Origin: a virus
Taxonomy: Duplodnaviria > Caudoviricetes
Length of the DNA: 54,570 nt
Direction: 5' to 3' (one strand)
Virus record (IMG/VR): IMGVR_UViG_3300036851_000237
Span: 1-54,570 of that record
The notes below the pieces were generated by a model, which ran no database searches, had not been told where the DNA came from, and was given only the letters and a program-made list of their open reading frames with translations. The translations under genes were made by a program, and so were the position numbers. Of the stretch, positions 28,901 to 36,754 are shown piece after piece (positions within the stretch are counted from its first letter, which is position 1; each line of letters opens with the position of its first letter).

Positions 28901-29857
28901 GTGCCGTCCGGCAAGAACTATGGCGCGCGTCTCTATGTCTCGGCGGATGGCACCACCTACGCCCCGGCGATCAGCGTCGAGCCCTATCCGATTGCTGGCC
29001 GCATCATCACCACGCTGGCCGCAGATGAGCGGCGGACTTTCGAGGAAAATGTCGAGATCGTGCTGTTCCCGACGAGCCTCTACACGGTGACAAGCCCGAA
29101 CTTCGCCTTCAATGAAACCATCAACGAGGTCGGCATTGACGCGATGCACATTGGCGCCGGCCTGATCTGGGTTGGCTCCGAAATGCTGGCCTACTACGGT
29201 CGCACGCTGGTTTCGCAGAACCGCTATCGCTTTACGCGCGTGTACCGCGGCTGGGGCGGGACTCATATCCAGGCCCACAATTCCGGCGATTTCTTCTGGC
29301 GGCACGGCGGCGGCATCTTCACGCAGCCGTACAACGAGGACAAGATCGGCACCACGATCTATTACAAGGTCGTGCCCTACAATGAGAGCGGTGCCGAATA
29401 CGAGGTCACGTCCATCGCGGCCAATAGCTATCAGATTCAGGGGCGCTACTACCGGCCCCAGGTCGCCAACGGCTTCGAATACGTCGATAGTGCTGGCGTC
29501 GGGCAGCGCAGCAGCTATAAGCATGCGGTCGGGTCTACGGTTGATATCGCCGTGCAGTGGCGCGACAGCGCGCGGATGGCGGGCCATGGCGCGCAGGGCT
29601 TCGGGATCGGGGCCGGCGGCTTCGGCCGCTTCGCTACAGATACTCTGTCGCATGCGTGGCGTGTCGAGATCGTCGGCAGTGGCGGCGTCGTTGTGCGCTC
29701 GCTGGCCATCAGCGCGACCAGCTACACATACCCCCAATCGCAGAACGTTGCAGATAACGGCGCTTGGCGCGGCAATATCGCCGTGAAGCTGACGCCGTTC
29801 GGCACCTGGGGCGATGCAACCCGGACGAAGGTCATCAGCCTGGAGCTTTTCCAATGA
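25943..29857 (+). CDS. Tail tip / central fibre protein (GTA megatron / gpJ-like)
   Basis: PVLFGTNRV, GGGKGG, PQFSFEI, LEPGDVV, RVYRGWGGT; 1304 aa. Confidence 0.85.
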   Translation: MAQALPVAGYVIGSYFGPVGAAVGYLIGSWAMAALTKKKNEIFDPGVQELPRITSALRGATMPVLFGTNRVPANVVLERNFTAIRQETTEGGGGKGGGSGGGKGGGGITNASYIYKMDLIYHLGMVPEAYQLFRGWVGQTRISPLSIYAITQQTDSPAAQFNHDPADASIEFEQGVYFPGDHPEDSQWSHLTSLVGAPVRWPGTAWVGFKQLGIGSEPVRPQFSFEIGPGGQLALNSGIIGYNEVNSISDWVTTSARQVSNYGYVIGNIGSTWTAISVSTGALVWDMTTAEFNTAIVAHTGASASLSGIHWGGMLPGGEYFVAVYVEFVSGTVRHDWYCLFQLNAASDPTIISAVKFSNLDYSAESFNFITDTNYHFDIAGAKTYDDPVICWAEGRHFIQMPSVNSWISRDLETLNDGNVCQASQSSIFGSNWGNMDGARDSSWCWLAPVINPTSGVATTRAYYYVNKDIVQKSPTAVDQNSYVQNNLVGVYPDGAIIYQDFGVLIDPVIWSDIGEWGGTINGQTPGALIANADFVDAQGDTAFPFDDAYENLDGSTPQTGINDYDTRPSFQKIPGGVASGAYLAIFCLQYQTETNTTPTGEFVRARAFIYNPLTAKYVEYADADGSTFDPVADAGVVPGDRYNEVWGPHWAAVDFSTNRLIRVTTFDGTGVLNDTFVVSTFGDIEITTGDDVTPPYIIRQILVNSLFGVYAGQTSLIDETSYDNAHNYCVDEGIKISAQYRREENWKDHVELLLATYGGYLVYSGGKFKFGFSSATGVTGAGSSVRTIDNDHLLITEKGKPPVDVQKAAREDTYNRVRVNFFDRSLDYAQNQVEENDEVDQDLSGTIRMREFPPVFVMAETLARKITLRTLWTNLYIGDTYTFKVGPKDHDLEPGDVVTLVDSHWPDLRGGQKCRIVKWKESKRLEFDVTAIQEIDTFLTATTSVAATPDISSRNYAQPATLPWYSRAYELPQEYQTEPTLYVGWVPSGKNYGARLYVSADGTTYAPAISVEPYPIAGRIITTLAADERRTFEENVEIVLFPTSLYTVTSPNFAFNETINEVGIDAMHIGAGLIWVGSEMLAYYGRTLVSQNRYRFTRVYRGWGGTHIQAHNSGDFFWRHGGGIFTQPYNEDKIGTTIYYKVVPYNESGAEYEVTSIAANSYQIQGRYYRPQVANGFEYVDSAGVGQRSSYKHAVGSTVDIAVQWRDSARMAGHGAQGFGIGAGGFGRFATDTLSHAWRVEIVGSGGVVVRSLAISATSYTYPQSQNVADNGAWRGNIAVKLTPFGTWGDATRTKVISLELFQ

Positions 29858-30687
29858 GCTTTTCATTCGACAACGAGCTTGAGTTGCAAGACGAAGGCGG
29901 CGCGGATTGGGATGCCGCGCTCCGCTCGAACTTCCAAATTCAAGAACGCGGGTTCCATCTCAAGGGCACTGCGGGGGCCGGCATTTCCAGCGGGCAAATC
30001 TGCCTGATGAACTCGGCCGGCTTCATCATGCCCTATGATTCCCGCTCGCTATCGCTGCGCTGGCCGCACTGCATGGCCTACAAGAATGTGTCGAGCGGCG
30101 CCGAAGCGATCTTTGTCCGCGAGGGCATTGTCCGGTCGATGGCCGTATGGTCTGGGAAGCTGACCCGCGGCGAGCCGGTCTTTGTGGCGCCGAACTCGCT
30201 TGGCTTCGCCGTGTCAAGCTATCCGGCAGCGGCTTACCCGGCCGGGATCGCGCTGGGCGTGGACGCCGTTTATTTCTGCCCCGGCCGCGACATCTTTCCC
30301 GAAACCGTGACCGAAGCGCAGACGCTCGCCAACGTGCTGATGGGCGCGGCGTCGGCATCGAACTTCGCTTTCAGTCTCGCCAACAAGGGCAATGTGCGGC
30401 AGCTTCGCGTGGTCGCGCAGAGCTGCAATGCTTATCGGGTGGAATGGTGGTCGGGGTCGGCGCGCGTCGGCAGCGAACAGCTTTATGCGACCCTCACACT
30501 TTCGAATGCGCTGGGTAACTCGGTCGACGTCACGACTCTCAATTATCTCGATCAAGCCGGCTTCCCCTGGTTCAACACGGACACGGCCTCACCGGCTTTG
30601 GTCTTCGGCCGCGTCACCGTGCAATCGGGGTCACAGGTCAGCTCGTCACACTTCGCCGTGACCGCTGTCGTTGAAAGGTTCCGCTGA
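29854..30687 (+). CDS. Minor tail / fibre-associated protein
   Basis: N-terminal WDAALRSNF anchor-like segment; ATGA overlap with the tip gene. Confidence 0.6.
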   Translation: MSFSFDNELELQDEGGADWDAALRSNFQIQERGFHLKGTAGAGISSGQICLMNSAGFIMPYDSRSLSLRWPHCMAYKNVSSGAEAIFVREGIVRSMAVWSGKLTRGEPVFVAPNSLGFAVSSYPAAAYPAGIALGVDAVYFCPGRDIFPETVTEAQTLANVLMGAASASNFAFSLANKGNVRQLRVVAQSCNAYRVEWWSGSARVGSEQLYATLTLSNALGNSVDVTTLNYLDQAGFPWFNTDTASPALVFGRVTVQSGSQVSSSHFAVTAVVERFR

Positions 30688-32057
30688 TGCCGAATTGGTA
30701 TATCGACAAGACCGCGACCGGCACTGGCTCGGGTGACGCGCCTGCGAACGCGGCCACTGATCTCCGCTCGTTCTCGGCGGCATCGTCGCTCAATTGGGGC
30801 GATTACGTCTGGGTGCGGCGCACGCATTTCGAGGCATCGGCCACGGCCGTTGCATCGCTCGGCAAGACCGGCTTCAACGTGCAATGTCATGGCGTGATTC
30901 GTTGGCTCGGCTGGCCGAGTTCCGGCGATCCGTTTTATGAACTTCGGCCCGGCGATGCGCGCAGCGCGGGCTGGGATACCGATGCCGCGACGCCCTACGC
31001 GGGGATCAATTATCCGTCGCTGGTCCATTCGGTCGCCCCCACGGGCAACGCGGGCTGGAGTGTCTTGAGCGGCAACAATCTCTATAATTTCTGCCTCGCA
31101 AACTCCCTGTTCAATGGCGGGATGTCGGCGGCCAACTACGCGCACAATGCGCTGTCTCTCAAATATAACATGTGGCATCTGCACGGGTGGCCGGGGAACC
31201 AGCCTGTCACTTCGATTATTGACATGACCTATATTGGGTCGATTGGCTTCGCCTCGGCTGATGCGTTTTTCAGCAACGGCGTGGCGAATATGAAGCGCCT
31301 GACGATGACTCTATCTTGCCAGATCGCCACGGGCCTTTTTGCGATGCAAGCGATGTGCGAGGTTGAAGAGATCGTTTTGACCAGCAATTCCGTCTCGGCG
31401 CTGGCGCATGGCGGGGTGCAGACTGTCGGTTATCTGTCGAAACACGTCGGCAAGATTCGCGGCGCTGGCCAATTTGTAAATGGGAAGACGGCCACGCGAG
31501 ATAGCGGCGGCTCGGGCCGGCAAAATCATTTCACCGTCGATGATTGGTTCGGGGAAGGCCCGGCGATGCTTGAAACCGTGGGTGGGATCAGCCTCTCGCG
31601 CGCGACATCGGCGATGGCAGTGTATTCTGGTACGCCGTGCATGTTTTCAAGCGTCAATTCGACGGGCTCTAATGACGACATCAACCGCGCGAGCGGCAAC
31701 CTGTCGCACAACCTGCATCACATCCGCCAGCTCGTCCAATGTCTCAGCGGCGTGTCGGTCAAGGCGCGCTTTCCGTTCTGGGCGGTCGTCAACTCATTCG
31801 AAAATTTCGAGTGGCAAGCGTTTCTGCCCATCGCGGGAGGGAATGGCAAGCCGCTCAATTTCGCCAATAGCGGGCTGCTGCCGGGCTCGTCTGGGTTTTG
31901 GTCGGGCAACTCACTCGCTGCCGGCTCGGCGTATCTGGCTTATGCGGAATGGTTGCCGTCCGAGAGTGGCAGCGCGTGGCTGACCTTCCGCATGGGCTCG
32001 ATCTTCACGCGGTCAGGCTATATTGCCACCCCACCGTTCTTTGAGGTCGCGTCATGA
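30687..32057 (+). CDS. Putative tail fibre / receptor-binding protein
   Basis: WYIDKTATGTGSG..PANA...GDYVWVR, typical start of beta-helix proteins; Ser/Gly/Asn-rich. Confidence 0.65.
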   Translation: MPNWYIDKTATGTGSGDAPANAATDLRSFSAASSLNWGDYVWVRRTHFEASATAVASLGKTGFNVQCHGVIRWLGWPSSGDPFYELRPGDARSAGWDTDAATPYAGINYPSLVHSVAPTGNAGWSVLSGNNLYNFCLANSLFNGGMSAANYAHNALSLKYNMWHLHGWPGNQPVTSIIDMTYIGSIGFASADAFFSNGVANMKRLTMTLSCQIATGLFAMQAMCEVEEIVLTSNSVSALAHGGVQTVGYLSKHVGKIRGAGQFVNGKTATRDSGGSGRQNHFTVDDWFGEGPAMLETVGGISLSRATSAMAVYSGTPCMFSSVNSTGSNDDINRASGNLSHNLHHIRQLVQCLSGVSVKARFPFWAVVNSFENFEWQAFLPIAGGNGKPLNFANSGLLPGSSGFWSGNSLAAGSAYLAYAEWLPSESGSAWLTFRMGSIFTRSGYIATPPFFEVAS

Positions 32058-32257
32058 ATAACGTTTCGAACGGCGTGATCTCCGTCCAGAGCGACCCGCG
32101 CTATCCGCAAAACGGCATCTGGGTAGTCCATAATAATGCCTCGGGCGTGACGCCGCCGGTCGCGGCGCCGTCGGCCGGCTCGTTCCGCCGCGACTTCCCG
32201 ATTTTCTCGATGCGGGACTTCCCCGGCGTGTCGATGCGAGACTTCCCCCACCCATAG
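32054..32257 (+). CDS. Small protein with three RDFP repeats
   Basis: ATGA overlap; RRDFPIFSMRDFPGVSMRDFPHP. Confidence 0.55.
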   Translation: MNNVSNGVISVQSDPRYPQNGIWVVHNNASGVTPPVAAPSAGSFRRDFPIFSMRDFPGVSMRDFPHP

Positions 32258-32332
32258 GTGTGGGCGGGCGAAACGGCCCTATCCAGCGCATAGAATCGTA
32301 TGATAGCGTCCTACTTCTGGAGGACGCGGGAC

Positions 32333-32641
32333 ATGCGTTATGCGCTGGTGGTTTTGCTGATCCTGATGGGTGGCATTGCCTGGGCACATGGCGATGCCAA
32401 ATGGATCGGCGACGGTGGCTATAAAAACGGTGCCGGCGAACTCTGCTGCGGCGAGCGCGACTGCCACCCGATCCTTCCCCAGGCCGTTCGCATGATTGGC
32501 GGCGAATACCACGTCACCCTCGGCGCGGCGACTTACGTGCTCACCGAGCGCGAGGCGCAGGACTCCATCGACGAGCGCTATTGGGTGTGCATCTGGGGCG
32601 GCGCCGTGAAGTGTTTCTTTCGGCCGAGGATGGGGGCGTAG
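32333..32641 (+). CDS. Secreted Cys-rich hypothetical protein
   Basis: Signal peptide ending AWA-H; CCGERDC, WVC, KCFF. Confidence 0.7.
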   Translation: MRYALVVLLILMGGIAWAHGDAKWIGDGGYKNGAGELCCGERDCHPILPQAVRMIGGEYHVTLGAATYVLTEREAQDSIDERYWVCIWGGAVKCFFRPRMGA

Positions 32642-32643
32642 AC

Positions 32644-32898
32644 GTGGAAAACTGGCACCTCGACAAGCGCATTCCCATTGCCATCATCATGACGATCATC
32701 GTGCAGACGGTGACGTTCGTGGCATTGGGCGCGACGTGGAAGGCGCAGACAGAGGCGCGCATCCTGTCGCTTGAGAAATCCGACAACGACCGTAAAGGCG
32801 TCATCGAGCGGCTGGTCGTGATCGAAGTCCAGCAGCGGAATATTTCCGAACAGCTCAATGAACTCAAATCGACCCTGCGCGAGCGGCGGACAAACTGA
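32644..32898 (+). CDS. Single-TM coiled-coil protein in the lysis module
   Basis: WHLDKRIPIAIIMTIIVQ; abuts the endolysin. Confidence 0.7.
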   Translation: MENWHLDKRIPIAIIMTIIVQTVTFVALGATWKAQTEARILSLEKSDNDRKGVIERLVVIEVQQRNISEQLNELKSTLRERRTN

Positions 32899-33332
32899 TG
32901 AACCGCAATTTTCTTTTCAACCAGCTCGTCGATCATGAGGGGATTCGACTGTTCCCCTACGTCGACACGAAAGGGAAGACGACCATCGGGGTAGGGCGAA
33001 ACCTCACGGATCGCGGCATCAGCACGTCCGAAGCGCATCATCTGTGCTGGAACGACATCGATATCGCCGAGCGGGCGCTTGACCGCAATGCGCGGTGGTG
33101 GCGGACCCTGCCGGAAATTCAGCAGCGCGTGCTTGCGGAAATGTGCTTTCAGCTCGGCTGGACCCGGCTCGCCAAGTTCGAAAAGTTCCTGGCGGCGCTC
33201 CAGCATGGCGATGACGAGGCCGCGTCAGCCGAAATGCTCGACAGTCTTTGGGCCGACCAGACTGACGGTAAAGAAGACGGCAAGATCGGGAACCGCGCCA
33301 AGAAATTGGCGAAGATGATTTTGGAGGTCTGA
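32898..33332 (+). CDS. Endolysin, T4-lysozyme-like (GH24)
   Basis: HEGIRLFPYVDTKGKTTIGVGRNL (E-x8-D-x5-T); EMLDSLWADQ. Confidence 0.9.
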   Translation: MNRNFLFNQLVDHEGIRLFPYVDTKGKTTIGVGRNLTDRGISTSEAHHLCWNDIDIAERALDRNARWWRTLPEIQQRVLAEMCFQLGWTRLAKFEKFLAALQHGDDEAASAEMLDSLWADQTDGKEDGKIGNRAKKLAKMILEV

Positions 33333-33333
33333 G

Positions 33334-33870
33334 ATGGTACCCATGACCAAATCGCCGATGTCGTCGATGACGCTGCGCGGGGCCGCGCTGCTGGTGATCG
33401 GCTTTCTCGTCCAGCTCGGCACGATGGCCGGCTACATCTCGGCCGATGATGGGGCGCTCATCAACGATAAGGCGGGCCAGATCATCGGCGGCCTGATCGA
33501 TGTTACCGGCATCATCATGGTCGTGTGGGGCCGCGTCCGGGCCGGCGGCCTCGCCCTCAAGGTCATCCCGTTCCTGCTGCCGGTGCTCCTGGCGGCCTCG
33601 CTGAGCGCCTGTGCTGGGCTGGGGGAGGCGAGCACCAGCTCGCAGCTCTATGCGTCCTGCCGGACCTACGCCAGCCTGGAGCGCACGATCATCGTCCAGT
33701 ACATGCAGGGGCGCTTGAAGGATGAACAGATCGACCTTGTGAACACGGTCGCGCCCGGCGCGCGCGCCCTGTGCCGCAAGCCGGTCGGCGAGCCCGTGAC
33801 CACCGATATGCTGCGCGAGATCGAAGAGGCGATTCTGAAACTCCAGACCGTGAAAGGGACCACGCCATGA
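33334..33870 (+). CDS. Holin-like domain fused to a lipoprotein domain
   Basis: KSPMSSMTLRG...VWGRVRA holin-like two-TM unit, then hydrophobic stretch with lipobox LSAC. Confidence 0.6.
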   Translation: MVPMTKSPMSSMTLRGAALLVIGFLVQLGTMAGYISADDGALINDKAGQIIGGLIDVTGIIMVVWGRVRAGGLALKVIPFLLPVLLAASLSACAGLGEASTSSQLYASCRTYASLERTIIVQYMQGRLKDEQIDLVNTVAPGARALCRKPVGEPVTTDMLREIEEAILKLQTVKGTTP

Positions 33871-34043
33871 CGCCCGCCGACATTGCCACCCTGATCGGGC
33901 TGGCCCGCGCCGCCCTCGATATCGCCCATACCGTCCAGACGGGCGGCGATCCTACCGAGGACCAATGGGCGGCGCTGGGCAAAGAGTTCGAATTGAACGA
34001 TTCGCTCCTTCAAGCCGCCCTTGCAAAGCGCGCCCAGAAGTAG
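33867..34043 (+). CDS. Small lysis-module protein
   Basis: ATGA overlap; GGDPTEDQWAAL. Confidence 0.6.
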   Translation: MTPADIATLIGLARAALDIAHTVQTGGDPTEDQWAALGKEFELNDSLLQAALAKRAQK

Positions 34044-34078
34044 GACAATTTGAGTCCCGATAACCCGGAGATACCCCC

Positions 34079-34306
34079 ATGCGGATACTCATCGCGCTGC
34101 TGGCTCTGGCCAGCTTCCCGGCTGCGGCCAAGGACACCCTGATCGTTAAGCCCTGGATCGGCGACCGCCAGATCATCACCGATCTGGACGGCCGCCCCAA
34201 GGCCGTGGTCAAGCCGTGGATCGGGGATCGCAAGATCGTCGAGCCATGGGACCGCCGCCAGCCGTCCGACAAACGTCCGACAAACGTCGGGGGCGCGGTG
34301 CGATGA
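34079..34306 (+). CDS. Small secreted protein with VKPWIGDR repeats
   Basis: Signal peptide; strong GGAG RBS. Confidence 0.6.
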   Translation: MRILIALLALASFPAAAKDTLIVKPWIGDRQIITDLDGRPKAVVKPWIGDRKIVEPWDRRQPSDKRPTNVGGAVR

Positions 34307-34506
34307 CCAAGGCGCAAGCTGTTCTTGAGTTGCTGCGCGACTACCGTAAGGAGCGCCACAACACAACCGCATCGGCGCGGCGCGTTGTCAAAAGCTGCAA
34401 CACCCTCGGCCTGACGCCAGCCGAGCGCTTGGAAATTCTCGGCTTCCTCGATTACTGCGACCCGGACGGCAAGCCCTACGACTTAGACATCGCGCGCGTT
34501 TGGTAA
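34303..34506 (+). CDS. Hypothetical protein
   Basis: MTKAQAVLELL...; ATGA overlap. Confidence 0.55.
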   Translation: MTKAQAVLELLRDYRKERHNTTASARRVVKSCNTLGLTPAERLEILGFLDYCDPDGKPYDLDIARVW

Positions 34507-34523
34507 ACCCACAGGAGATACCC

Positions 34524-34979
34524 ATGCCCAGGAACAGTCAGAAAGAAACCGTGCTGCGCGCCCTCAAGGAACAGGGCCACAAGATCGACGGCCGCCCGGC
34601 GCGCTACGTGAAGGTGTTGAAGCGCGACGGCACGCTGATGATGGTCGGCCCGACCGGCGAGCTATTCGAGGGCCGCGCCGCGAACAACCTGCCTTATCTG
34701 CAAGCCCCGCCCATCGATCTGGGCACCAAGCAGGGCAAGGTCATCAAGCTGATCACACGGCGCGAGGGCGCGACGCTGGCCGAGCTGGTGAAGGCGACTA
34801 AATGGAAAGAGGATTCAATCCGCGGTTCGCTCGCCTCTGAGATTCCGCAGAAAATCGGGCCGGGCGTGAAGGTCGTTTCGGTAAAGGGGCCGGACGGGCA
34901 GCGCATCTACTACGCCGATTTGCCCAGTGCGGTCCGTGGAAACCTGCGCTTTAGTGGGGTGGCCGGCAATTCTGATTGA
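34524..34979 (+). CDS. DUF3489-like winged-helix protein
   Basis: GTKQGKVIKLITRREGATLAELVKATKW...SIRG...RIY. Confidence 0.75.
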   Translation: MPRNSQKETVLRALKEQGHKIDGRPARYVKVLKRDGTLMMVGPTGELFEGRAANNLPYLQAPPIDLGTKQGKVIKLITRREGATLAELVKATKWKEDSIRGSLASEIPQKIGPGVKVVSVKGPDGQRIYYADLPSAVRGNLRFSGVAGNSD

Positions 34980-34999
34980 ACCTGCTTGACGTGCAGGTT
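34979..34999. promoter_or_regulatory. Distal repressor operator overlapping a TTGACG -35 box
   Basis: AACCTGC-TTGACGT-GCAGGTT; same symmetry and spacing as the cI/cro operators. Confidence 0.65.
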
Positions 35000-35044
35000 A
35001 CAGCCGAGCGATAACAGCGGTGACGATACTTTCGAGGCAAGAAC

Positions 35045-35425
35045 GTGGCCCGCTGTTATATTCTGCATGATCAGGGGCATATGAATTTCCGCCCCGCTGA
35101 GCGCTTCGGCGATCTTATCGTCTGCATCGATGGCAAAGTGGAACACAGCGAGCTGCCGCAAGCGGCGGCTCGGCTGCGCACCGCGCTGCAGCAGATCACC
35201 GCGCGCGACTTCCTGATCCCATGTGGTCATCCATCGTTGATCGCGCTGGCCGGCGCCCTCATGCTAGAGCGTGTCGGCAAGGTCCGCACGCTGATCTGGC
35301 AAGGTTCCGAAAAAAAATACGTGGCGATTGAGTTCGGTGCGGGGGGCGCACCGCCGGGCGCTGCGCTCGAAAGGGCGCAGCGCCCCGTCATGATGGGAAC
35401 CCTCTGCGGCTCGGGGGTGGCCTGA
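35045..35425 (+). CDS. Phage hypothetical protein
   Basis: NFRPAERFG...DFLIPCGHP...LIW; start approximate. Confidence 0.7.
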   Translation: MARCYILHDQGHMNFRPAERFGDLIVCIDGKVEHSELPQAAARLRTALQQITARDFLIPCGHPSLIALAGALMLERVGKVRTLIWQGSEKKYVAIEFGAGGAPPGAALERAQRPVMMGTLCGSGVA

Positions 35426-35724
35426 TGTATCTCTTGCAGATTCATATGATGGGCCAGACCGCGGAGCTGACTTACAAGTCGCGTGAGGCGGCCGTTCGCG
35501 CCCAGGATTCCATGCGCGCCGCGATGAACGGCAAGCGGTGCCATCGCTATACGTTCATCGACGTCGTTGACGACTACGGCTTCAAGCTGGGCATCAATCC
35601 TGCGGTGATCTTGTATTTCGGTTGCTTCGACCCGGCGACGGCGATCTATGTGCGCGAGTTGAAGAAAGCACATTGGGAAGCGCTGGAGCCGAAACAGCCG
35701 ATGGGCATTGGGGGGAACGCATGA
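35425..35724 (+). CDS. Hypothetical protein
   Basis: Translationally coupled ORF. Confidence 0.6.
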   Translation: MYLLQIHMMGQTAELTYKSREAAVRAQDSMRAAMNGKRCHRYTFIDVVDDYGFKLGINPAVILYFGCFDPATAIYVRELKKAHWEALEPKQPMGIGGNA

Positions 35725-35978
35725 AGCCGATCACGCTTGCCGACGATGACGCGGCCCTCATCAAGAAAGTGGTCGACCGCGAGATGGCCATTCAGCGCTT
35801 TGTCGCGTTGATCAGCGAACAGGGCGAGCAACGCCTCGCCCAGGCGCAGACCGAGGCGCGCAAGACCTGGGCGCAGATCGCGCAGAAGTATGGCATCGAT
35901 ATCGAGAATGTCGTCTGGCAACCTTCGCCTGACTGCAAGCGGCTGATCCCGATGCAGCAGCGTTTCAAAAATGCCTGA
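35721..35978 (+). CDS. Hypothetical protein
   Basis: MKPITLADDDAAL...; ATGA overlap. Confidence 0.6.
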   Translation: MKPITLADDDAALIKKVVDREMAIQRFVALISEQGEQRLAQAQTEARKTWAQIAQKYGIDIENVVWQPSPDCKRLIPMQQRFKNA

Positions 35979-36315
35979 GCATTGGCTGGTCTATGCAGAA
36001 CGCCGACCCTATGGGCTCTTGCTTGCCTATCGCTGCTTTCCCGAACGCGAATGGACGGGATCGCTGCAGCACTACATCCCCGCCGCCTGGGGCGATTATG
36101 TTATCCGCCTCGATGGTCAGCTCGTCATCGTTTACCGCCATGTCGTTGCGACCGCCGCACCGTTCATGCTCTGCCGGCGCCGTGCAGGTGTCTTCGCCGG
36201 CTTTCCAAGCTTAGAGGCGGCGGATGACGCAATCCGACTCTTCGCCGGTCCAGCGCCGGACCAAACACTTGGTCAAAGGCGCGCACGGTCACGGCCGAGT
36301 CTTTCCATACACTGA
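35971..36315 (+). CDS. Hypothetical protein
   Basis: Coupled ORF. Confidence 0.5.
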   Translation: MPEHWLVYAERRPYGLLLAYRCFPEREWTGSLQHYIPAAWGDYVIRLDGQLVIVYRHVVATAAPFMLCRRRAGVFAGFPSLEAADDAIRLFAGPAPDQTLGQRRARSRPSLSIH

Positions 36316-36754
36316 AAAGTTTTTTGAGGAAAAGGTTGAGAGCGCCGTCCGTCAGCAGGGCCTTGTGTGCTTCCGCCCATTCGAACGGATGTACGTCACG
36401 ATCCCGAATCTCTATGCGGCCGGCGGCAACTGGATCAAGCTGTTCTCGTTCCACACCGCCGGCACGATGAAAATACGCCCGACCGAACAGATGCCTTCGG
36501 AAGCTGTTGCAATGCTCGACAGCTTCGCGAAGCAAGATCGGGTCTGGATCGTGGCGCTCTGGCAGCGCAACGATGAGCCGACGCGGGTTGACATCCGGCT
36601 TTGGAAAGCGTTCCGCGAGCGCGCGGTCTGGGATCGCCAGGAAATCGACACGCTCGGGATTGCCTACGACACGGACGAGAGCCTAACTAAGTACGTCGCG
36701 GCCTACTTCGGCCCAGAGCATTCAGGCTATTCGAATCTGGAAGCTGGTCGATGA
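36224..36754 (+). CDS. Degenerate PD-(D/E)XK / VRR-NUC-like protein
   Basis: EKFFEEKV...G...IPNLY...WIKL...IRPTEQ; start uncertain. Confidence 0.45.
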   Translation: MTQSDSSPVQRRTKHLVKGAHGHGRVFPYTEKFFEEKVESAVRQQGLVCFRPFERMYVTIPNLYAAGGNWIKLFSFHTAGTMKIRPTEQMPSEAVAMLDSFAKQDRVWIVALWQRNDEPTRVDIRLWKAFRERAVWDRQEIDTLGIAYDTDESLTKYVAAYFGPEHSGYSNLEAGR

